Source: an uncultured Christensenellaceae bacterium (GTDB taxonomy: Bacteria > Bacillota > Clostridia > Christensenellales > CAG-314). Taken from it: DNA of 64,000 nucleotides. Below the pieces are notes generated by a model that saw only the letters and a program-made list of their open reading frames with translations, searched no databases and had not been told where the DNA came from. The position numbers were made by a program, and so were the translations under genes. Shown one piece after another: positions 46,613-56,493 of the stretch (positions are counted from its first letter, which is position 1; each line of letters starts with the position of its first letter). The stretch is from contig CAJUIV010000001.1 in the NCBI GenBank assembly GCA_910586905.1, forward strand, positions 129,987-193,986, given 5' to 3'.

Positions 46613-48421
46613 TTGAATAAAAAAAATTTGCTCGTTGTGCTTTTTATAGCTCTGATAGTCGTTAGTTTGGTGTTCGTCGGCTGCGACGGACATACGCATC
46701 AATTCGATTCTGCTTGGCGTTCCGACGAAACGTATCATTGGAAAAAATGTGCTTGCGGTAAAACCGGCGAAGTACAAAAACACAAACTTGTGCAATGGGT
46801 AATAGATAAAGACGCAACTGCAACAACCGACGGCTTACGTCATTCGACTTGCGAGGTTTGCGGTAAAACTATTTCGGAAACTATCCCTAAGCAAGACGGT
46901 TCCAGCCGTTCGGTTGATTTTTATGCCATAAATGATTTTCACGGTGAGGTAGACAAAATTTCGCAATTTTGCGGATATCTTACTCAGGTATCGAACGGAA
47001 ACACGCTACTGCTCAATTCGGGAGATATGTTCCAAGGCTCGATGGAATCGAATTCCAATTACGGCAAATTGTTATCCGACTGTTTGTCTCTTGCTGGGTT
47101 TGACGAATTGACTTTCGGTAATCACGAATTCGATTGGGGCCTTGACAATCTTAAAAAATTAGTAGACGAAAGCGGAGTGCCGTTTTTGGGCGCCAATATA
47201 TATAATTGGAACGCAGACTCTAAAACGTGGGGCGATTTCGCGTCCGATTTGGCGCGTGAATACATTGTCAAAACGTTGGATAACGGATTGAAAGTCGGAG
47301 TAATAGGTGTTATAGGCGAAAAGCAAATAACTTCGATTTCATCTAACTTAGTACAGACGATTGGATTTAAAGACCCGCTGCCCATAATAAAAACTTTATC
47401 CGATAAACTTAAAAACGAATTGGATTGCGACATTGTGGTGGTAAGCGCGCACGCCAGTCCGCGCGGTTTGGTAGGGGAATCCGACGATTACAGCGCGCCC
47501 CCCAGCAGTTCTGCAGGTTTGTACGAGTACGTAGACGCGGTATTTTGCGCCCATACTCATCAAGAACAGCTGTACGTAGTGGACGGCATACCGTTTATAC
47601 AGGGCGGTTCTAACGGAGATTTCGTTTCGCATATCAGACTATCGGTCGAAAGTAACGGCAATGTTATATGCCGCGAAAAAGAAAACGTCCGATACAGCAA
47701 CAGCTGGCCCAATAAAATAGACGTAAGCGAGTTGGTAGATAACTCAAACGATAAAATAAAAGACGAAGCCAATCAGGTTTTGGGAAACGTTGCGGGCGGT
47801 TATTTAAATTCCGGCACGGCTATTCCGCGGCTGGTAAGCAGAGCTATCGCGGATTACGCCGTTTCTCAAGGATACGAAATTTCTCTCGCTATGGTCAATT
47901 CCGCAAGGAGCAGTCTTTCCGGAGAAATTACTTATTCCAATTTATACAACGCCATACCTTTCGATAACGTTGTATACGTCGCCAACGTATTGGGACGGGA
48001 AATTTTAAACGAGGTGAAATACGGCGTGAGTTTTTGGAGGGTTGACGGACAGGCTATAGAAAGTAACAAGTATTATAAAATCGCCGTTTTGGATTATTTA
48101 TTGTATCATCAAAACGAAAAACGGGAATATAACTATTTCCCGTCGGCATTTGCTTCTTCCAACGCATTTAAACCCGTCGCGTTAACTAAAGAGGGCGTGG
48201 AAGCGTATAATTATCGGTTGATTACGAGGGATTATTTGCTTGCCGGTTCGGGCTATATTTCGATTGCGGATTATGTGTACGCTAACGACTATACGAATCC
48301 GGATTATATTTCGTACGACGTGGATTTGAATTTTCGCGCGTACGGTATGGAAATGTTGACTTTCGATATCTCAAAACAAAGCTGCGTCTTGCAAAGCGGT
48401 AAAAGACGTTTTGCGGCGTAA
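46613..48421 (+). CDS. Lipoprotein 5'-nucleotidase / metallophosphoesterase (UshA/YfkN/CpdB family) with N-terminal Cys/His-rich module
   Basis: Metallophosphatase motifs NDFHG, GDMFQG and GNHEFD, plus a C-terminal 5'-nucleotidase-type domain. Lipobox FVGC. Start set at TTG 46613 behind GGAGG (the track start 46562 is in the same frame). Confidence 0.85.
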   Translation: MNKKNLLVVLFIALIVVSLVFVGCDGHTHQFDSAWRSDETYHWKKCACGKTGEVQKHKLVQWVIDKDATATTDGLRHSTCEVCGKTISETIPKQDGSSRSVDFYAINDFHGEVDKISQFCGYLTQVSNGNTLLLNSGDMFQGSMESNSNYGKLLSDCLSLAGFDELTFGNHEFDWGLDNLKKLVDESGVPFLGANIYNWNADSKTWGDFASDLAREYIVKTLDNGLKVGVIGVIGEKQITSISSNLVQTIGFKDPLPIIKTLSDKLKNELDCDIVVVSAHASPRGLVGESDDYSAPPSSSAGLYEYVDAVFCAHTHQEQLYVVDGIPFIQGGSNGDFVSHIRLSVESNGNVICREKENVRYSNSWPNKIDVSELVDNSNDKIKDEANQVLGNVAGGYLNSGTAIPRLVSRAIADYAVSQGYEISLAMVNSARSSLSGEITYSNLYNAIPFDNVVYVANVLGREILNEVKYGVSFWRVDGQAIESNKYYKIAVLDYLLYHQNEKREYNYFPSAFASSNAFKPVALTKEGVEAYNYRLITRDYLLAGSGYISIADYVYANDYTNPDYISYDVDLNFRAYGMEMLTFDISKQSCVLQSGKRRFAA

Positions 48422-48796
48422 TAAAAGCGATAAAATTTATCGATACGGAACCGACCCGAAAGTTAGAAAAAAATCAGGGATTTCCGTCAAATATAGTTTT
48501 AAACGGGCGTTCGCAAATTTCGGTTTCACGCGTATTTATATAAAACGAATCGCGCGTCAATTTATTGGTCTTAAATCGATTACACGGCAGCGGAAACAGC
48601 CTATTGCGGTGTAATATCGAATTTTGCGCTCTATATTGTTGCAGGCGAGCGGAATTTTTTAAATCCGGTACGATGAGGTAAAAACTTAAAGCGGCAGGAA
48701 CGGTTTTTTTTAAAAAACGCGATTGTATTTTTTGACCGGCAAGCGCCAGTTTGACGATATAATTAAAAAATGATTTTTAATTTTACATAATAGCTA

Positions 48797-48825
48797 TTGC
48801 TTTTTTGCCGAAACGGTGATATAAT
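48797..48825 (+). promoter_or_regulatory. Sigma-A type promoter TTGCTT-17 nt-TGATATAAT
   Basis: Extended -10 (TGnTATAAT) with correct spacing, about 40 nt upstream of the small ORF at 48865. Confidence 0.55.
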
Positions 48826-48864
48826 TCTAATGTTACGTAAAAAGCATTTTTTAGGAGTTGTAAT

Positions 48865-48948
48865 ATGCCGAATATATTTGTAACCAATCTTTATAAGACT
48901 AGTTTACAAAAAAGCGTTTTTACGACCTTTCAAGCGTTGTTTGTCTAG
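48865..48948 (+). CDS. 27-codon leader/small ORF (MPNIFVTNLYKTSLQKSVFTTFQALFV)
   Basis: AGGAG 7 nt upstream of the ATG. The stop codon lies inside the 5' arm of the terminator at 48932-48981. Confidence 0.35.
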   Translation: MPNIFVTNLYKTSLQKSVFTTFQALFV

Positions 48949-48981
48949 TTTGTTCTAGACGAACGGCGCTTTTATTTTTTT
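48932..48981 (+). terminator. Strong intrinsic terminator in the leader of the RDD-ABC operon
   Basis: 17-bp stem AAGCGTTGTTTGTCTAG / CTAGACGAACGGCGCTT (three G-U pairs), 6-nt loop, then TTATTTTTTT. Lies 58 nt before the RDD gene ATG. Confidence 0.75.
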
Positions 48982-49038
48982 GTAACAAACATATCGCATT
49001 GCATTGATACGGAAATTTGGCGATAAAAGGAATAAATC

Positions 49039-49785
49039 ATGATTTACGATTTACAAAAGGCTAGTATATTAAAACGAATTTCCGCGTTCTTATTGGACTT
49101 CATTTTGCTATTAATTCTTACCGCGGGATTTATAGCCTTGTTGACGTTAATCGTACGTTTTGATTTTTATTATAATCAACTTGCGGAATACGACAAGCAG
49201 TATAAAGAAATCGGTATCGAATCCATAACCATAACCAAGGAACAATACGAAGCGCTCGGCGCCGAAGCAAAGGAATATTACGATACGACGATAAACGACG
49301 TGCGCGCTTTAATGTCGCAATGCGTTAGCAGAGCGTTCATGTCTCTTTCGCTCGGATTGTTCTTCTCTCATTTGGTTTTGGAGTTTATAATTCCGTTGAT
49401 TTTAAAAAACGGACAAACGGTCGGCAAAAAGATTTTCAGCGTAGGCGTGATGCAGATAAGCGGCGTAAAACTAAAACCCGTTTCACTGTTTGTCAGAGCT
49501 ATGCTGGGTAAGTATGCCGTCGAAACAATGGTGCCGTTGTCGATAGTATTGATTTTCTTCTTTATCGAAGCGAACGCGTTGTTATTTATATTGTTTATAG
49601 CTTTGTACGTTTTGGAAATAGTGCTGTTTTTCGTAACTAAACGGTACGCGTTTATACACGACGTGCTTGCCAGTTCTGTTACCATAGATATGCAAAGTCA
49701 AATGATTTTCAACACTACGGAAGAAATGATTGCATATAAGGAAGAACTGCACCAAAAAGAAGTAGAACAAGCGGAATATAAATAA
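49039..49785 (+). CDS. RDD-family membrane protein
   Basis: N-terminal KRISAFLLDFILLLIL (RDD signature) and several TM helices. Confidence 0.7.
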   Translation: MIYDLQKASILKRISAFLLDFILLLILTAGFIALLTLIVRFDFYYNQLAEYDKQYKEIGIESITITKEQYEALGAEAKEYYDTTINDVRALMSQCVSRAFMSLSLGLFFSHLVLEFIIPLILKNGQTVGKKIFSVGVMQISGVKLKPVSLFVRAMLGKYAVETMVPLSIVLIFFFIEANALLFILFIALYVLEIVLFFVTKRYAFIHDVLASSVTIDMQSQMIFNTTEEMIAYKEELHQKEVEQAEYK

Positions 49786-49819
49786 TAAACAAAACAAATA
49801 ATTCATTTCGGAGGATGTT

Positions 49820-50308
49820 ATGAACAGAACGTTAATAAAAAATATAACGTTTTACATCGGTGTCGGCGTTGTTTTTCTCGCCGGACTTTTGTATATTTTA
49901 TTGGCGGATATAGTAATAAATACTCAGTCATTGTGGTTGATGATTGCCATCTTGTTATCTTTCGGAAGCGCGATATGCGCTATGGTCGCCGATAATTTCA
50001 AGGAGAAACATAAGGTTATGTATACGCTAAAAGGCGTAGCCATAGGGTTGGCTGTAACTTTTATCGTATTTTTGCTGACTTATATGTTAATTTCCTTTTC
50101 TCCCGCAAAGGAAATGGACGGCAATGCGTCAAGTTTTGTAAATAGCTTTGCGATAAAAAGAGTTGAATTGAAATCAAGCTCGGGAAAATTCGTTAAAGAG
50201 GGCGTCAAAACTATGATGGTATACGTAGTAACGATGGTTATTACAGCTATAGGTTTGGCGGCGCAGATTTGCAATTTGATTTTAACGGTTAAAGCAAAAG
50301 ACGAATAA
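49820..50308 (+). CDS. Small multi-pass membrane protein, unknown function
   Basis: Four hydrophobic helices. Good spacing within the operon. Confidence 0.5.
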   Translation: MNRTLIKNITFYIGVGVVFLAGLLYILLADIVINTQSLWLMIAILLSFGSAICAMVADNFKEKHKVMYTLKGVAIGLAVTFIVFLLTYMLISFSPAKEMDGNASSFVNSFAIKRVELKSSSGKFVKEGVKTMMVYVVTMVITAIGLAAQICNLILTVKAKDE

Positions 50309-50360
50309 GAAATTTTAAATTTACAGTTGTTAAATAATCCACATAAGGAAGGTATGTATT

Positions 50361-51560
50361 ATGAAAGTTGTATTAAAGGATTTAACCAAAATTTTCCCAA
50401 GCAGGAACAAAAACGGACAAGAGGTCGTTGCCGTCAATAACTTTGATTTTGAAATTCCCGACGGCAAACTTATCGGATTGCTCGGACCTTCCGGCTGCGG
50501 AAAAAGTACGACGTTGTATATGATTTGCGGATTGCAAAAGCCGACGAGCGGAAGGATATTTTTCGGAGAAGACGACGTTACCGATTTGACTCCGGAAAAC
50601 CGCGGAGTGGGACTGGTATTTCAAAACTACGCGTTATATCCTCATATGACGGTAAAACAAAATATACTTTTCCCGTTGCAGAATTTTAAAGGCAAAGATA
50701 AATTAACAAAATCGGAAATGCTGGAAAGAGCTTATAAGGTGGCGGAACTCGTACAAATCGACGAACTTATGGACCGTAAACCCAGTGAGCTTTCCGGCGG
50801 ACAGCAACAGCGCGTGGCTATCGCAAGAGCGTTGGTTAAAATGCCGAGAGTATTGCTGCTGGACGAACCTTTGAGTAACCTCGACGCCCGTTTGCGTTTG
50901 CAAACCCGCGAGGAAATCAAACGTATTCAACGCGAAACGAGCATTACGACGGTTTTCGTTACGCACGACCAAGAAGAAGCGATGTCGATTTCCGATTACA
51001 TAGTAGTTATGAAACTTGGCGTTGTGCAGCAAATAGGCGAACCTCAAAACGTTTACGACGACCCCGTCAATTTGTTCGTCGCGAAATTCTTGGGTACGCC
51101 GCCTATCAACGTCTTTGAAGGAAAGATTGAAAAAGGTAAACTGTATATAGGCGAAGACGCGGTATTGAACGTCGGAGACGTAGCCGACCAAGAGGTTTTC
51201 GTGGGTATTCGTCCGGAAGGATTTATATACGATAAAAACGGAGCTCTGCACTGTAAGTTACGCAATTTGGAAGTTATGGGACGCGACGTTAGCGTAGTTT
51301 CGACAAACGAAGCGGCAACGAGTCCTATCGTCCGTTCTATTATAGATGCCGATAATAAAGTAGATATAGCAAGCGAAAGCGTTACGTTCTCGTTAAAGCC
51401 CCACAAAACCTTTATTTTCAATAAAGAAACGGAAGAACGTATTTATTTTGAAATAGCTCAAAAGGCGGAGAAAGTCAATTCGGAAGAAAAACCCGCAAAA
51501 AAACCTGCCGCAAAGAAATCGACTGCGAAAAAAACGACGTCGAAGAAAAGCGCTGAATGA
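50361..51560 (+). CDS. CUT1-type ABC importer ATPase (MsmX/UgpC/MalK-like) with Lys/Ala-rich tail
   Basis: GPSGCGKST, FQNYALYPH, LSGGQQQRVAIAR, LLLDEPLSNLD, VTHD, C-terminal TOBE-like domain. Confidence 0.9.
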   Translation: MKVVLKDLTKIFPSRNKNGQEVVAVNNFDFEIPDGKLIGLLGPSGCGKSTTLYMICGLQKPTSGRIFFGEDDVTDLTPENRGVGLVFQNYALYPHMTVKQNILFPLQNFKGKDKLTKSEMLERAYKVAELVQIDELMDRKPSELSGGQQQRVAIARALVKMPRVLLLDEPLSNLDARLRLQTREEIKRIQRETSITTVFVTHDQEEAMSISDYIVVMKLGVVQQIGEPQNVYDDPVNLFVAKFLGTPPINVFEGKIEKGKLYIGEDAVLNVGDVADQEVFVGIRPEGFIYDKNGALHCKLRNLEVMGRDVSVVSTNEAATSPIVRSIIDADNKVDIASESVTFSLKPHKTFIFNKETEERIYFEIAQKAEKVNSEEKPAKKPAAKKSTAKKTTSKKSAE

Positions 51561-51569
51561 GGTGAGTAA

Positions 51570-52508
51570 ATGGTAGAAAGCAAACATCAATGGAAAGCGT
51601 GGCTGTATCTTTCGCCGGCAATCATATTATTGTTGGTATTTACGGTATATCCTATAATAAACACGCTGATAATGGCTTTTAGCAACAGTTATACTCCAAC
51701 GGCGACGGAATCGAAATCGCCTATAGGTATAAACAACTTTATTCACCTGTTTTCAGATGAAGGCTTGCCGATTTTTTGGAATTGTTTAAAAAATACGATA
51801 TTGCTGTGCGTCATTACCGTTCCGATATCTACGTTTTTGGCTCTTTTGATAGCCGTGGCGCTTAATTCGATTAAACCGTTACAAAAGCTGCTTCAAACGA
51901 TATTTTTCCTGCCTTACGTAACTAATACTATCGCTATCGGCATGGTATTTGCCGTTATGTTTAATATTACGGGCAGAATTGACGATCCGTCGTCTATCGG
52001 AGTAATAAATACCGTTATAAAAGCTTTCGGCGGAGAGCCTGTAAACTGGATAAATGCAAACTCATCGTATTGGAATAACTTTTTTGTAGTGTGTGCGTAT
52101 ATAGTTTGGAATGCATTGCCCTTTAAAATACTTGTCTTACTCGGCGGACTTCAAAGCGTCAATAAGCAATATTACGAAGCGGCAAAGGTGGACGGAACAA
52201 GCCGTTGGCGTACGTTCTGGCGCATTACCGTTCCTATGCTTTCTCCGATGCTTGCTTACGTTATAATTACGGGCTTTATTGGGGGATTTAAAGAGTATAA
52301 CAGCGTCGTGGGTATTTTCGGAGACACTATGGGGCCTGTAGGAACCCAGGAAGGTACGAATATGAACACTATGGTGGGAATGGTTTATCAATTTTTAGGA
52401 AACGGCAACTACGGCGTTGCAAGCGCGGCGTCCCTCATACTGTTTCTCATAATATTCGCGGTTACTATGTTAAATATGTACGTTAGCAAGAAAAAGGTAC
52501 ACTATTAG
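51570..52508 (+). CDS. CUT1 ABC permease (MalF/UgpA-like)
   Basis: Six TM helices and the EAA loop YYEAAKVDGTSRWRTFWRITVP. Confidence 0.85.
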   Translation: MVESKHQWKAWLYLSPAIILLLVFTVYPIINTLIMAFSNSYTPTATESKSPIGINNFIHLFSDEGLPIFWNCLKNTILLCVITVPISTFLALLIAVALNSIKPLQKLLQTIFFLPYVTNTIAIGMVFAVMFNITGRIDDPSSIGVINTVIKAFGGEPVNWINANSSYWNNFFVVCAYIVWNALPFKILVLLGGLQSVNKQYYEAAKVDGTSRWRTFWRITVPMLSPMLAYVIITGFIGGFKEYNSVVGIFGDTMGPVGTQEGTNMNTMVGMVYQFLGNGNYGVASAASLILFLIIFAVTMLNMYVSKKKVHY

Positions 52509-52517
52509 GAGTCGACT

Positions 52518-53522
52518 ATGTCTAAAAAAATACAGGAAAACTTGACAGTAGAAGAAACGGTATCCGCGGAAATAACCGTTGACGTTGCCGAAAGTACCGT
52601 TTCGGATAAAAATGAAAATTTAAGTTCGGTCATCACCGAAAAAGACGTAATGAAAGAACGTGATATCGAAAAAATAGAAAAACGTCAAAGAGCCGCAAAA
52701 ATTACCGCGCAAGTGTTCATTTACATATTTTTAACGGTAATGGCGTTGATAGTCGTATTTCCCTTCTATTGGATGATAATTTCTTCGTTAAAATCTTACG
52801 AAGAATATACGGGACACTTGGTTCCTACGTTTTGGCCGACGGAAGGTATAGATTTTGCGAACTATCTGGAAGCGTTTGAATTGGGCAATTTGGGTACTTT
52901 GTTTTTGAATACGCTGTACGTAGGACTCGTTTCTACGGTATTGTCCCTGATTATCACCGTGCTTGCCGCGTTTGCATTTGCAAGGCTGGAATTTAAAGGT
53001 AAAAACGCATTGTTTGCGGCTTTGCTTGCCACGATGATGATACCCGGCGAATTGTTTACTATAACAAATTATAAAACTATTACCGATTTGGGTTGGAACG
53101 ACTCGTTTATAGTTTTGATTGTTCCTTTCCTTGTAAGCGTATTTTACGTTTATCTTCTCCGCCAAAATTTTATGCAAATTCCAAACGAATTGTATTATGC
53201 GGCGAAAGTTGACGGGACGAGCGATCTTAAATATTTGTGGAAAGTAATGATTCCGCTTGCAATGCCTACGCTTATAACGATAACTATTTTAAAAATGATG
53301 GGTTCGTGGAACTCGTACATCTGGCCGTTGCTTGTTAACACGGATAAAACTTACTATCTCGTAACGGTAGGTATTCGTTCTATGAGCTTTACCGGCGCGG
53401 TTCCGGATTTACCGGTACAAATGGCTGCCGTAACACTCGTATCTTTCCCGCTGTTCCTTGTATTTATATTCTTGCGCAAGTACATAATGAAAGGCGTAAG
53501 CCGCAGCGGTATTAAAGGATAA
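52518..53522 (+). CDS. CUT1 ABC permease (MalG/UgpE-like) with an acidic N-terminal extension of about 60 aa
   Basis: EAA loop LYYAAKVDGTSDLKYLWKVMIP and six TM helices. Confidence 0.85.
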   Translation: MSKKIQENLTVEETVSAEITVDVAESTVSDKNENLSSVITEKDVMKERDIEKIEKRQRAAKITAQVFIYIFLTVMALIVVFPFYWMIISSLKSYEEYTGHLVPTFWPTEGIDFANYLEAFELGNLGTLFLNTLYVGLVSTVLSLIITVLAAFAFARLEFKGKNALFAALLATMMIPGELFTITNYKTITDLGWNDSFIVLIVPFLVSVFYVYLLRQNFMQIPNELYYAAKVDGTSDLKYLWKVMIPLAMPTLITITILKMMGSWNSYIWPLLVNTDKTYYLVTVGIRSMSFTGAVPDLPVQMAAVTLVSFPLFLVFIFLRKYIMKGVSRSGIKG

Positions 53523-53544
53523 ACAAATATATTTGGAGGAAAAA

Positions 53545-55038
53545 ATGAAAAAGACTATTTCAATAGTTATTTTGCTAATCTTATGTTTGGGCGTTATAAT
53601 TGCTTGCTGCGCTTGCGATTTTGAAAAAGACGGCATAGAAGTAACGTTCTACAGTACTATGGGTAAGAATCTCGAAGAAGTAACAAATCGTTATACGAAA
53701 GAGTTTAACAAAATTTATCCCGATATCAAAATCAAACATGTTGTTATATCCGGCGATTATAATGTTTTATACGACAGAATCGGAAAAGAATTGGAAGCTA
53801 ACAGCGGTCCGGCATTAGCCTATTGCTACGCAGACCACGTTGCGACTTACAACGAAACAAAAAAAGTAGTTGCTTTGGATAGTTTTATCAACAGCAAAGA
53901 GGTTGTTCCTGCGGGAAAATTCGGCAATGAAAAAGAATATTCAGTCGGATTCAGTCCCGAAGAAATAGCGGATTTTGTTCCCGGCTTTTATCAAGAAGGT
54001 AAAACGGCTTTCGGCGACGGTTCCACGATGTACACTTTGCCTTTTGCAAAATCTTCCGAAGTTATGTTTTATAACGTCGACGCATTTAACGAATTAAAAC
54101 TTGTTCCGCCTACGCATTGGTGGTGCGACGAAAACTGTCCGAGCGATTGCACAACCAGTATGGAATACGTATGTCAAACGTTTAAGAATACCGAAAAATA
54201 CAAAAACAGTATTCCTTTCGGTTACGACGCGGACGACAACTTCTTTATTACAATGTGCGAGCAGCTTCAAACGTTGCCTGAAAACGAGGGCAAAAACCTT
54301 TATACTAGCGCAACGGGCAAAAAATACCTGTTTAACAACGACGAAGTTAAAAATTGTATTTTAAAACTGAATCAGTGGTATAAAGCCGGTTATTTTATTA
54401 CAAAAGCCACCAACGGTAATGCGTATACTTCCGACTTGTTTAAATTCGAAGACAGCAACATCATCAGTCAAGGCAAACAGTCGTTTATGGGTATAGGTTC
54501 GACAGGCGGCGCTACGTATAATATTCCCGCTACAGATAAGTTTAAAGTCGGTGTCGCCCCTATTCCGCAAATGAACCCGTCTAAACCCAAAGTTATTTCT
54601 CAGGGACCTAACCTTTGTATGTTGTTTAACAAAAACAACATGACTTCCGACCAACAATTAGCGGCTTGGCTTTATATGAAGTTTTTAACAACTAATTTGA
54701 AGCTTCAAGCTTCCTTCTCTATGGCTTCGGGATATACTCCTGTAATTCAATCCGTACAGAACGACCCCATTTACAGAGACGAATATTTAAACAACGATAA
54801 ACTCGGCGCAACCGAAAGAATCTCCGCCGCGGCAGTGAAACAATGTTTGCAGCAAGTAAACAGTTACTACGTAAGTCCCGCTTTTTACGGTTCTTCAACA
54901 GCCAGACAGCAAGCGAAAATTTTGTTCTCCGGTTGTATGGAAATTAAACTTACCGACGAAGCGTTGATTAACGAAATTAACGAAAAATTCAAAACTGCTA
55001 TAGCTGCTTGCGAATTCTTTGCAAAGTCTGACGTCTAG
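53545..55038 (+). CDS. Family-1 extracellular solute-binding lipoprotein
   Basis: Start set at ATG 53545 behind GGAGG. Signal peptide with Cys-rich lipobox IACCAC. Size and position are typical of a CUT1 SBP. Confidence 0.8.
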   Translation: MKKTISIVILLILCLGVIIACCACDFEKDGIEVTFYSTMGKNLEEVTNRYTKEFNKIYPDIKIKHVVISGDYNVLYDRIGKELEANSGPALAYCYADHVATYNETKKVVALDSFINSKEVVPAGKFGNEKEYSVGFSPEEIADFVPGFYQEGKTAFGDGSTMYTLPFAKSSEVMFYNVDAFNELKLVPPTHWWCDENCPSDCTTSMEYVCQTFKNTEKYKNSIPFGYDADDNFFITMCEQLQTLPENEGKNLYTSATGKKYLFNNDEVKNCILKLNQWYKAGYFITKATNGNAYTSDLFKFEDSNIISQGKQSFMGIGSTGGATYNIPATDKFKVGVAPIPQMNPSKPKVISQGPNLCMLFNKNNMTSDQQLAAWLYMKFLTTNLKLQASFSMASGYTPVIQSVQNDPIYRDEYLNNDKLGATERISAAAVKQCLQQVNSYYVSPAFYGSSTARQQAKILFSGCMEIKLTDEALINEINEKFKTAIAACEFFAKSDV

Positions 55039-55052
55039 TAGAGGAAACGACA

Positions 55053-56408
55053 ATGAAAAAAATATTTAGTATTTTATTGGCAGTCGTGCTATGTTTCTCC
55101 GCCGCTGCGGCGTTGGTTTCTTGTAAAGATAAGGAGCCTATCGATTACGTCGCTCAGTGGAAATTGGACTTAAATTCGTCAACCGCTAAAATGGAAGTTA
55201 CCGTTAAGAACTACGTTGACGGCGATACGACGCACTTTTTCGTCCCCGGCGCAATGGCTTCCGAATTCGCTAACGGAGTGCTTAAAGCAAGATATCTTGC
55301 CGTAGACACTCCCGAATCAACGGGAGCGATAGAACCGTACGGTCAGCAGGCTTCCGATTTTACGCATGAAAAATTGGCTTCGGCGGAATCTATAATGCTG
55401 GAATCGGAAGACGAAAATTGGAACACGGACGCTAACGGCAGACACCTTGTTTGGATATGGTATCGTCCGGCTAAAGACGCCGAGTATCGTTTGCTGAATC
55501 TCGAGTTGCTGCAAACGGGCTTAGCAAAAGGTAAAAACGTTGACGGACTTAGATATACCGAGATTTGTACCTTGGCGTATAACCAAGCTATCGACTTTAA
55601 ACTAAAAGTTTATTCCGACGAAGAAGATCCCAAATACTACTACGGAGACGCTATCGAAACGGATATAAAGTATTTGCGTACTCATATTGACGAAGTAAAC
55701 GGCAAGCGCGTTGCGTTTACCGGAACTATCGTTAAAGAAGCTTCCGCAAATCAAGCCGTTTACGTACAAAGTTACGATGCCGAAGACGATATGTATTACG
55801 GTATGTACGTTTACTACGGCTACGCGTTAAAGTTCGGTATTTCGCAATTAAAACTTGGTAATTCGGTGCATTTTGTAGGAGTCGCTAAAGATAACGCTAC
55901 ATACGGTTTCCAAATTTCCGACATAAAGTACGACCCGTATCAGATAGGTACCGACGAGGAAAAAGATTTCTTTAAAGTTATTTCAACAGATAACGAAGTT
56001 ATTTATAAAGAAACTTCCGTAAGCGAATTTAACGGCAAAAAAACAATCGAACTCAGTATCGACGGCGAATTGGTTAAAAAAGAATACAGTTACGCTCAGC
56101 TAGCTTTAAAAACGGCAGTGTCGTTTAAAAATTTAAAAGTTGTAGATATATTTACGACCAGTAAGGAAGATTCTTCTTCCAAGGGCGCTATGACTTTAAC
56201 TTGCAAGGATGCGGCTAACAATACGTTGTATATCCGTACGGTCGTGTTATACGAAGACGATAACGCAAACAACCCCGTAGTTACGGCGGAGAAGTATTTA
56301 AATAAAACTATTGACGTTAAAGGATTCGTTGATTTTTATCAACCCGAAAGCGGCAACGGACAGTACCAAATAAAAGTTTATCAAACTGCGGATATTATAG
56401 TTAAGTAA
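55053..56408 (+). CDS. Lipoprotein with staphylococcal-nuclease (SNase/thermonuclease) domain plus OB-fold-like C-terminal modules
   Basis: Lipobox LVSC. SNase blocks NYVDGDTTHF, ARYLAVDTPE, YGQQASDF, DANGRHLVWIW and NLELLQTGLAKG. Starts 14 nt after the SBP gene. Confidence 0.8.
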   Translation: MKKIFSILLAVVLCFSAAAALVSCKDKEPIDYVAQWKLDLNSSTAKMEVTVKNYVDGDTTHFFVPGAMASEFANGVLKARYLAVDTPESTGAIEPYGQQASDFTHEKLASAESIMLESEDENWNTDANGRHLVWIWYRPAKDAEYRLLNLELLQTGLAKGKNVDGLRYTEICTLAYNQAIDFKLKVYSDEEDPKYYYGDAIETDIKYLRTHIDEVNGKRVAFTGTIVKEASANQAVYVQSYDAEDDMYYGMYVYYGYALKFGISQLKLGNSVHFVGVAKDNATYGFQISDIKYDPYQIGTDEEKDFFKVISTDNEVIYKETSVSEFNGKKTIELSIDGELVKKEYSYAQLALKTAVSFKNLKVVDIFTTSKEDSSSKGAMTLTCKDAANNTLYIRTVVLYEDDNANNPVVTAEKYLNKTIDVKGFVDFYQPESGNGQYQIKVYQTADIIVK

Positions 56409-56493
56409 CAAATTAAAGTATTTTACGCAATCTATTTGCGAAAAATAATGTAACTATGTTTCTAAAACAAAAAAAACATTTAAGGAGAAAAAA

